NCBI RefSeq assembly: GCF_008065095.1
Contig: NZ_CP042911.1
Coordinates: forward strand, 3,330,001-3,362,000
Source of the DNA: Gemmata obscuriglobus
GTDB taxonomy: Bacteria; Planctomycetota; Planctomycetia; Gemmatales; Gemmataceae
Direction of reading: 5' to 3'
Length of the DNA: 32,000 nucleotides
Below are positions 1 through 6,272 of the stretch, piece by piece. The notes below the pieces were generated by a model. The model had not been told where the DNA came from and did no database searches. It was given only the letters and a program-made list of their open reading frames with translations. Each line of letters opens with the position of its first letter. Positions within the stretch are counted from its first letter, which is position 1. Made by a program: the position numbers and the translations under genes.

Positions 1-1526
1 GGCTGTTCAAGTTCGCCGACACCACCGGCGATGACGCCGTGATGGCCCGGTTCCTGACTGGGTTCGATCGCACCATCCGCCGGCGTCGCGTCACGAAGGT
101 GCGTTACAACCACCGCCGCCGCGAGAACGAGCAGTACGAAGCGGTCGTGACCCCGAGCGACACCGTACTCGCACGCGACGACCGCTCGTACAGCGGGCCG
201 TGGTTTACCGCCGACCGGGAACAGTTCACTGCCGGGAAGTTCCTGTTCTCCGTTGCGACGCGGAACTACCTGCGTCGCCGGGCGTGGCGGTACTTTCGGA
301 AACTCGGACGCCAGCACCCCGAGCGGTACATCTCAGCCGTTTGCACGGCGCTCAAACTCTACACCGACGCCGACGCCCCGGACGGCCTCGCGCTGCTCGA
401 CAACTGGGGGCTCGTTCACGTCCTGTTCCACCACTCGCCCGTTCTCGACGCGAAGCCGACCGGCTGGCGCGTCGCGGACGGCGGGTCACTGTCGCGTTTG
501 CAACCCGAGCCCATGTTCCGCAAACTGTGGTTGCGGAGCGCCGAGCCGATCTTCGACCTCTTGGTGCGTGCGAGGTGCCGGCCCGTCGCGATGTGGGCGG
601 TGCAGATGCTCCGGAAGCACTTCCCGGAGCGACTGACACAACTCACGCTCGACGAGCTTCTGGAGTGGCTGGTCTCGCCGAGCAGCGTTCTGAACGAACT
701 CGCGCTGGAGGTGCTCGAAAAGCGCGGCGGGCTGGAACAGGTCACGATCGAGCAGTGGTTGCGCATCACCGACGAAGCCCGGACGGACCTGCTCGACCGC
801 ATCTGCGAACTGGTGGCGCGGAGTGTTAAACCGGAACAGGTGACGTTCGCCGACGCCGTGGCGCTCGCGATGCAGCGCCCGGTTCCGCTCGCCCGGCTCG
901 GCTTGACGTTCCTTCAAGGGAAGAAGGTCAACACCGCCGAGGAAATCACTGCGGTGTTCGGGCTGCGGAACGCCGAGTGCGAACCCTTGCGCGTCGATCT
1001 GGTGAAGTGGGCGTGCGAGGTGCTGAGTTCGCGGACGGACTTCGACCCCGTATGGGTGCTCGAGTTCCTCGACTCGCGCTTTGAAGAGGTGCGTGAGGTG
1101 GGCTGGGAGTGGTTCCAGATCGAGCCGCGTGCCCGCGACGCGGTACTGGTGTGGCAGCGCCTCCTGGAATCCCCTTACGACAACATCCGCTTCCGACTGG
1201 TCGGTATGCTGGAGGAGCGGATCAAGTCGCGCGACGGTTTTGGGCAGCTTCCGCCGGACCGCGTGCGGTTCCTCTGGGCCACGGTGCTGCTGAACGTCCA
1301 GCGCGGCAGCCGGGCAAAGCCGTTCGTGGTGCGCCAGGTCATCGACCGGCTCAGTGCGAGCCCGGACGAGGCCGGCGACCTGCTGCCGATGATCGCGGTC
1401 TCGCTGCGGTCGGTGCGCGGGCCGGAGTTCCGCGCCGGGCTGGCGGGGGTGGCGCGATTCGTTGCGAAGAACCCGACGCGCAAGCCTCTGGTGGAGGCGG
1501 TATTTCCCGAACTGCAGTGGGGTTGA
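1..1526 (+). CDS. Hypothetical Leu-rich alpha-helical repeat protein (HEAT/ARM-like by eye), C-terminal part; probably truncated by the window edge
   Basis: The reading frame is open from the window edge through the first GTG/ATG at 39-44, with stop TGA at 1524-1526. Helical segments recur, e.g. LDELLEWLVSPSSVLNELALEVLEKRG and VLVWQRLLESPYDNIRFRLVGMLEERI. No catalytic motif recognised. Confidence 0.6.
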   Translation, partial: LFKFADTTGDDAVMARFLTGFDRTIRRRRVTKVRYNHRRRENEQYEAVVTPSDTVLARDDRSYSGPWFTADREQFTAGKFLFSVATRNYLRRRAWRYFRKLGRQHPERYISAVCTALKLYTDADAPDGLALLDNWGLVHVLFHHSPVLDAKPTGWRVADGGSLSRLQPEPMFRKLWLRSAEPIFDLLVRARCRPVAMWAVQMLRKHFPERLTQLTLDELLEWLVSPSSVLNELALEVLEKRGGLEQVTIEQWLRITDEARTDLLDRICELVARSVKPEQVTFADAVALAMQRPVPLARLGLTFLQGKKVNTAEEITAVFGLRNAECEPLRVDLVKWACEVLSSRTDFDPVWVLEFLDSRFEEVREVGWEWFQIEPRARDAVLVWQRLLESPYDNIRFRLVGMLEERIKSRDGFGQLPPDRVRFLWATVLLNVQRGSRAKPFVVRQVIDRLSASPDEAGDLLPMIAVSLRSVRGPEFRAGLAGVARFVAKNPTRKPLVEAVFPELQWG

Positions 1527-1558
1527 GTTGTCGATGTTAAATGTGTGCGAGTCGGACA

Positions 1559-1691
1559 CACAGGGCTCCCGCCCTGTGCTACGCTCGGCAACCCCTACGG
1601 GGTGCAAAGACTGAGTACACGAACAACAACCGCCGTTGGATTTTCCGCCCCGGAGGGGCCGGTGGACGTAGCACAGGGCGGGAGCCCTGTG
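1559..1691. repeat. MITE-like element: perfect 25-bp terminal inverted repeats flanking an 83-nt core
   Basis: cacagggctcccgccctgtgctacg (1559-1583) is the exact reverse complement of cgtagcacagggcgggagccctgtg (1667-1691). Each arm is also internally palindromic (cacaggg...ccctgtg). Confidence 0.7.
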
Positions 1692-1702
1692 CCAACAACT
1701 AA

Positions 1703-1910
1703 GGTGTCCGTCGCGATCCGAGACCTTCTCTGCGGCGTTCCGCCGCGGGTGCAGTTGCTCGCGATTGCGTTCCCCGAGCCGTTGGTCTTTTCGCCGCCCG
1801 GGGTACTCCCAGGACGGACTGAATCGACCTGCATCTCCGTCCCGGGAGTACCCCGGGCGGCGTTCGTGAACGACTCGGGTCCACGATTGAAGTCGGTCGC
1901 GGCGGACACC
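1703..1910 (+). ncRNA. Retron-like msr-msd ncRNA, copy A (distal from the RT gene)
   Basis: Same 208-nt length and architecture as copy B. The terminal stem a1 1703-1721 / a2 1893-1910 has 17 Watson-Crick pairs, 1 G-U pair and 1 bulge. It carries the conserved block ctgcggcgttccgccgcgggtgc, a 27-position hairpin 1792-1818/1836-1862 (26 pairs, 1 mismatch) with the conserved loop ctgaatcgacctgcatc, and the conserved 3' block ggtccacgattgaagtcgg. Confidence 0.6.
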
Positions 1911-1926
1911 GCAATACACGAAGACC

Positions 1927-2030
1927 GAAGAGCTTTTGACAGGATCAACAGGATTTAACGGGATCGAAAACAAGCGATGCTCTTCGCCTTTTCAATCCCG
2001 TTGATCTTGTTAATCCTGTTAAAACTCTTC
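1927..2030. repeat. Imperfect palindromic intergenic element of the gacaggatcaacaggat family, copy 1; possible terminator
   Basis: gaagagcttttgacaggatcaacaggatttaacgggatcgaaaa (1927-1970) pairs imperfectly with ttttcaatcccgttgatcttgttaatcctgttaaaactcttc (1989-2030). Its 5' 28 nt match 6131-6158 at 27/28 positions. Confidence 0.7.
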
Positions 2031-2061
2031 AACGCCCAGCGCAGTTCGGGAGAGGCTCCGA

Positions 2062-3756
2062 ATGCAACTGAACACGGCGTATCGCGGGCGCAGTGCCGTC
2101 GCCCAGACCCCCGTCGGTCTGGCGGTGTCGCTCGCGCCGAACCTGCGCCGCGACCGCGTCAGCTACACGGGCGTGTTGCGCCAGCCGCTTCGGTTCCGCG
2201 AAGCCATGTCGGCGCTTCACGACGTGGTCATTTCGGACCTGCGGTTCAAGCCGAAGGACAAGACCGCATACGAGGAGTGGAAGAAGGAAGAGGCCGCGAA
2301 AGAAGCCCACATCCGCACCGAGGCCGTGAAGCTCAAACGCGCGGAACTCGAAAAGGAACGTGGCCGCCCCATGCCGCCCGGCCTGGAGCGCAAGTTCCAG
2401 CGGTGCCGGCAGCGCTACTGGGACGCGCGGACGCGGTACAGCAACCTGCTGTCGCGCGAAGACCCGGAACTGTGGCGGATGCTGATGCCGTGCGACCCGG
2501 TCATCACTGTCAGCCCGGACGTGATGTTCTTCGAGTGTTTCAGCGCGGACGAGAGCAGCTACGGGTGCCTGACTGTCGAGCGGGACGCCTTCGAGGCCGA
2601 GCGCGACGTTGCCCTCGGTACCACCAACGTCGATTACTCCTGGCGCCTGTACGAGCACTTCCAGACCATCCGCAGTTACCGCGAGACGCGCTTCACCATC
2701 GACCCGCTCGGCTTCGAGGTGCAGACCAGCACCGACGACCCGGCATACCGCGAAGAGAAGATCGACCTGCCGCAGTCGTGGCTCCGCGGGTTCTCGTCGC
2801 TTCAAAGCGCAATGAGCCTGCCGATGCGGCGCGTGCCGCTCAGCCGCGAGGCGGTCTATTCGGTGATCGCGTTTCTGACCCGCAACAAGTCCAAGCGGTC
2901 GCCCCGGGCCGTGCGCTTCGAGCTGACGCCCGGCCGGCCGGTGAAATTGGTTCTCGAGCCGTGGGACAAGGAGATCGTGGTCCACGACCTGCCGTCTTCT
3001 GGGGCGCGGAAAGAGGTGATTCGCACCTGGGGGCGGGACCGGCTCCGCGTGCTCGGGCGACTGCTGCCGCTGCTCGACGGCGTGGACGTGTACCTGCTGG
3101 GAACGGGGCTGCCGAGCTTCTGGGTCGCGAAGATGGGGGAAATGAAGCTCACGCTCGGGCTCTCCGGGTGGACCGCCAACGACTGGACGAGTGGCGGCAG
3201 TGCCATCGACCAAATCGCACCGCCGGTGGCGCCGTCCAACGACGTGATGCAGGCGATGGCCGCCGCGTTCAGAGACTCCCCGACGTGGACGCTACCGGCG
3301 CTGGCCACGAAGACCCGCGGGTCCGAGGCCGCGGTGTCGGCCGGGTTAAACAAGCTCGCCCTGCTGGGGCAAGTGATTCACGACCTCCCGCACGGCGTGT
3401 ACCGGTGGCGCCAGGTGATGCCGGTGACCCTTTCGGCCGAGGTGATCGGCCCCGAGAACGAGGAGACGGTCGCCGCCCGCGAACTCACGCGCTGGCGGTG
3501 CAAGATCAACTCCGACAAGACGGACGCGAAAGGGCAGCGGCAGGTTGTGGGGACGGTCGACGGCCGCTCCACGTCCGAGGTGACGCTGGACGCGGACGAC
3601 CGCATCGTGGCGGGCAAGTGCGGCTGTTCGTACTTCTACACGGGCGGGCTGCGGAAGGGGCCGTGTCGGCACCTTCAAGCGCTGCGCAACAAGGCGCTGG
3701 GCGTCGGCGGGGACGGCGGGACGCTCGACAACTGGTTCCGGCGGTTCACGAACTGA
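2062..3756 (+). CDS. SWIM zinc-finger domain protein (564 aa)
   Basis: C-terminal CxC-x12-CxH motif (GKCGCSYFYTGGLRKGPCRHLQAL). ATG is preceded by gggagagg. A Lys/Glu-rich coiled segment lies near the N-terminus. Confidence 0.85.
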   Translation: MQLNTAYRGRSAVAQTPVGLAVSLAPNLRRDRVSYTGVLRQPLRFREAMSALHDVVISDLRFKPKDKTAYEEWKKEEAAKEAHIRTEAVKLKRAELEKERGRPMPPGLERKFQRCRQRYWDARTRYSNLLSREDPELWRMLMPCDPVITVSPDVMFFECFSADESSYGCLTVERDAFEAERDVALGTTNVDYSWRLYEHFQTIRSYRETRFTIDPLGFEVQTSTDDPAYREEKIDLPQSWLRGFSSLQSAMSLPMRRVPLSREAVYSVIAFLTRNKSKRSPRAVRFELTPGRPVKLVLEPWDKEIVVHDLPSSGARKEVIRTWGRDRLRVLGRLLPLLDGVDVYLLGTGLPSFWVAKMGEMKLTLGLSGWTANDWTSGGSAIDQIAPPVAPSNDVMQAMAAAFRDSPTWTLPALATKTRGSEAAVSAGLNKLALLGQVIHDLPHGVYRWRQVMPVTLSAEVIGPENEETVAARELTRWRCKINSDKTDAKGQRQVVGTVDGRSTSEVTLDADDRIVAGKCGCSYFYTGGLRKGPCRHLQALRNKALGVGGDGGTLDNWFRRFTN

Positions 3757-3792
3757 CGGCGCCCGGGGCGTAACGGCAAAGGTAAGGGCACC

Positions 3793-4257
3793 GTGACGAA
3801 GCCGGTTCTGCTCGCGGGGGTGCTCGGCGGGGTACTCGGGGGCGCCGGAGCGTTTGTGCTGGGGCGGGCGTTCCCGGCGGCGCCGGCGGTGGTGGTCGAG
3901 AAACCGCACGAGGCCCGGCCGTTCGCCGACGACCTGTTCATGAAGCTTCAGAAGGGGCAGGCGGATGAGTTCCTGGCGGCGGTGCGTGTGGGGGACCCCG
4001 AATACGACGATGCGGAGTTCGACAAGCTGATCCGCCAGCCGATGCTGCGGGTGCGCGAGGGGGCGGTTCGAGGGTACGGCGGCGCGGGCTCGTTCGAGTT
4101 CTTTCGCGAAACGGTCACCGCGCCGGACCTCGTCCGCTTCACGTACCTGGAACGCTACCCGCGCGGGTGCCTCGTGTGGCTGCTGTACTGCTACCGCGGG
4201 GCCGGCGGCTGGCACCCGATCGGGCTCAAGTTCCTCAAACCGGATGTCGTGTTGTAA
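3793..4257 (+). CDS. Small membrane-anchored or secreted hypothetical protein (154 aa)
   Basis: GTG start preceded by aaggtaaggg. N-terminal hydrophobic helix KPVLLAGVLGGVLGGAGAFVLG. The gene lies 36 nt after the SWIM gene and 30 nt before ncRNA copy B. Confidence 0.6.
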   Translation: MTKPVLLAGVLGGVLGGAGAFVLGRAFPAAPAVVVEKPHEARPFADDLFMKLQKGQADEFLAAVRVGDPEYDDAEFDKLIRQPMLRVREGAVRGYGGAGSFEFFRETVTAPDLVRFTYLERYPRGCLVWLLYCYRGAGGWHPIGLKFLKPDVVL

Positions 4258-4286
4258 GTGATGAAGTAACAGAGACTACTGAAGCC

Positions 4287-4494
4287 AAGCGGCCGGCTCC
4301 GAGACCTAAACATCCTGCGGCGTTCCGCCGCGGGTGCGGCTGCTTGCGATTGCGTTCCCGGGAGTGTTGTTCGTTTCGCCGGTCGAATTCGTGGCGCTTC
4401 CGGCCTGAATCGACCTGCGTCTCCGGAAGGCCACGAATTCGACCGGCGTGGTGAACGCTCTCGGTCCACGATTGAAGTCGGAGCCGGCCGCCTT
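4287..4494 (+). ncRNA. Retron msr-msd ncRNA, copy B (immediately upstream of the RT)
   Basis: a1 4289-4302 pairs with a2 4478-4491 as 14 perfect bp, plus 2 more after a bulge. It has the GC hairpin gcggcg-ttc-cgccgc and a 26-bp hairpin 4377-4403/4423-4448 with one bulge and loop cctgaatcgacctgcgtct. It ends 20 nt before the RT start codon, the canonical msr-msd-ret order. Confidence 0.75.
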
Positions 4495-4514
4495 GTTACC
4501 CGCGAGCATCGCTC

Positions 4515-6125
4515 ATGAGCCTCTTCGACTGGGTGTTCCGCCGGAAGCGCGACGCGGACACCCCTCCGGCGCCACCCCCAGCCGCGCCGACTGCTCCCGC
4601 TTCTTCGGACAAAGCACCGTCGGGTAACACCACCTCGGGGACTCCGGGGGCGAATGCTCCTCGCTCGTCCGAGGGGAGCGAAGACCAGTACGCCGCGAAC
4701 GACTTCCTGCCCATTTCGCGTCAGGAGATCGTCGACGCTGCCAAGAAGCACGGGCGCCTGCTCGCCACCGCGTTCCAGTTCGGGCGCCAGAGCATCATCC
4801 CGCCCGTCAGCGACCCGCGGACCGAGATCATCGACCGCGCGCTCGTTACGCACGGACTGCTCACGCCCGAAGAACTGAACGAGATCCACCGCGTCGGCGA
4901 GGAGTACGAGAAGGTCCGCCCGACCGAGCAGGGCATTGCGGCTGCAGCCGGACTGGCCGGCACCGCCGCCGTGCAAGCGTACCGGGCGGCCAAGGAGGCG
5001 GAGAAGGAGCGCAAGAAAAGAGAAGCGGAGCTGCGCAAGAAGGTGCGCGCCGAAGCCGTCTGGCGGCGCCGCACCACCGATATCATTTTTTTGGGGCGTG
5101 GTGTGTCGGGGCGGCTCCACCTGCGCTTGAGCGACGAGGGGCGCCTCACGGAACTCGGGTTGCCGGTGATGCACACGCCCGCTGATGTCGCGAACGCCCT
5201 CGGCCTCACCGTTCCGCGGCTCCGCTGGCTGGCGTTCCACACCGATGTGGCCACCCGCACGCACTACGTGAAGTTCTCGGTCCCGAAGAAGTCCGGCGGG
5301 ACGCGCCAGCTCGCCGCGCCGCACAAGAGTTTGAAGGCCGCGCAGCACTGGATTCTGGCGAACGTCGTGAACAAGCTGCCGGTGACCGAGGCCGCGCACG
5401 GGTTCGTTGCCGATCGCGGGATCGTGACCAACGCAAACCCGCACGTTTGCAAGGCGTTCGTGGTGAACTTGGACCTGTCGGACTTCTTCCCCTCGATCGC
5501 GTTCCCGCGGGTGCGGAGCGCGTTCGAGCGGTACGGCTACTCGGGTTGTGTTGCCACCATTCTTGCGCTGCTCTGCACCGAGTGCCCGCGCGCCGCGGTA
5601 ACCTATGCCGGAACCAAGTACGAGGCCGCGACCGGCCCGCGCGGGCTACCGCAGGGCGCGCCCACCAGCCCCGGGCTGTCGAACCAAGTCGCGCGCAAGC
5701 TCGACAAGCGGCTGCTCGGGGTCGCGACGAAGCTCGGCCTCACCTACACCCGCTACGCCGACGACCTCACCTTCTCCGGTGATGCGGACGCCGCTGCCAA
5801 GATCGGCTGGCTGCTTACGAAGGTGCGCCACATCGCCAGCGAGGAAGGGTTCGCCGTCAACGAGAAGAAGACCCGTGTGATGCGCCGCAGCGCGGCCCAG
5901 ATGGTCACGGGTGTGGTGGTGAACGACAAGCCGTCCGTGTGCCGCGACGAGCTGCGCCGGTTGAGGGCGATTCTGCACCGCGCGAAGTCCGAAGGGCTGG
6001 ACGCTCAGAACCGCGAAAAGCTGCCGAACTTCCGCGAGTGGCTGCGCGGGAAGATCGCGTTCGTGAGTATGGTCCGCCCGGACGCCGGCGCGAAGCTCAA
6101 GGCTCAACTCGACGCCGTGTCGTAA
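4515..6125 (+). CDS. Retron-type reverse transcriptase with a roughly 200-aa N-terminal extension (536 aa)
   Basis: RT motifs VVNLDLSDFFPSI, RGLPQGAPTSPGLSN and YTRYADDLTFSG (YADD). Retron-typical NAxxH (TNANPHV) and VTG (QMVTGVVVND) motifs are present. The N-terminus is a Pro/Ala/Ser-rich low-complexity stretch followed by a Lys/Glu coiled segment (AKEAEKERKKREAELRKK). Confidence 0.9.
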   Translation: MSLFDWVFRRKRDADTPPAPPPAAPTAPASSDKAPSGNTTSGTPGANAPRSSEGSEDQYAANDFLPISRQEIVDAAKKHGRLLATAFQFGRQSIIPPVSDPRTEIIDRALVTHGLLTPEELNEIHRVGEEYEKVRPTEQGIAAAAGLAGTAAVQAYRAAKEAEKERKKREAELRKKVRAEAVWRRRTTDIIFLGRGVSGRLHLRLSDEGRLTELGLPVMHTPADVANALGLTVPRLRWLAFHTDVATRTHYVKFSVPKKSGGTRQLAAPHKSLKAAQHWILANVVNKLPVTEAAHGFVADRGIVTNANPHVCKAFVVNLDLSDFFPSIAFPRVRSAFERYGYSGCVATILALLCTECPRAAVTYAGTKYEAATGPRGLPQGAPTSPGLSNQVARKLDKRLLGVATKLGLTYTRYADDLTFSGDADAAAKIGWLLTKVRHIASEEGFAVNEKKTRVMRRSAAQMVTGVVVNDKPSVCRDELRRLRAILHRAKSEGLDAQNREKLPNFREWLRGKIAFVSMVRPDAGAKLKAQLDAVS

Positions 6126-6130
6126 TTCAT

Positions 6131-6235
6131 GAAGAGCGTTTGACAGGATCAACAGGATGGACAGGATGTCAAAGGCAATAACTACAGCGTCCTGTCATTG
6201 AAATCCTGTCCTTCCTGTTGATCCTGTCAAAAATC
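6131..6235. repeat. Palindromic intergenic element of the gacaggatcaacaggat family, copy 2; possible terminator after the RT gene
   Basis: tttgacaggatcaacaggatggacaggat (6139-6167) pairs with atcctgtccttcctgttgatcctgtcaaa (6204-6232) at 28/29 positions. It has the same orientation and the same 5' block as copy 1. Confidence 0.7.
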
Positions 6236-6272
6236 AACACGCATTCGCCGCACTGCCACCATTTGAGGTTGT

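Noticed and set aside
486-1973. 495-aa minus-strand ORF mirroring the first gene and running through the repeat and ncRNA region
   Set aside because: It is antisense to a better ORF, Arg/Pro/His-rich as expected for out-of-frame translation of high-GC DNA, and crosses clearly non-coding palindromes.
1977-3773. 598-aa plus-strand ORF and 394-aa minus-strand ORF (2029-3213) overlapping the SWIM gene
   Set aside because: Both have Arg/Ala/Pro/Gly-biased composition and no motifs. The SWIM frame has a Shine-Dalgarno site, balanced composition and a clear zinc-finger motif.
4191-5444. 417-aa minus-strand ORF across ncRNA B and the RT 5' half
   Set aside because: It is an antisense GC artefact. 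The RT frame carries all the catalytic motifs.
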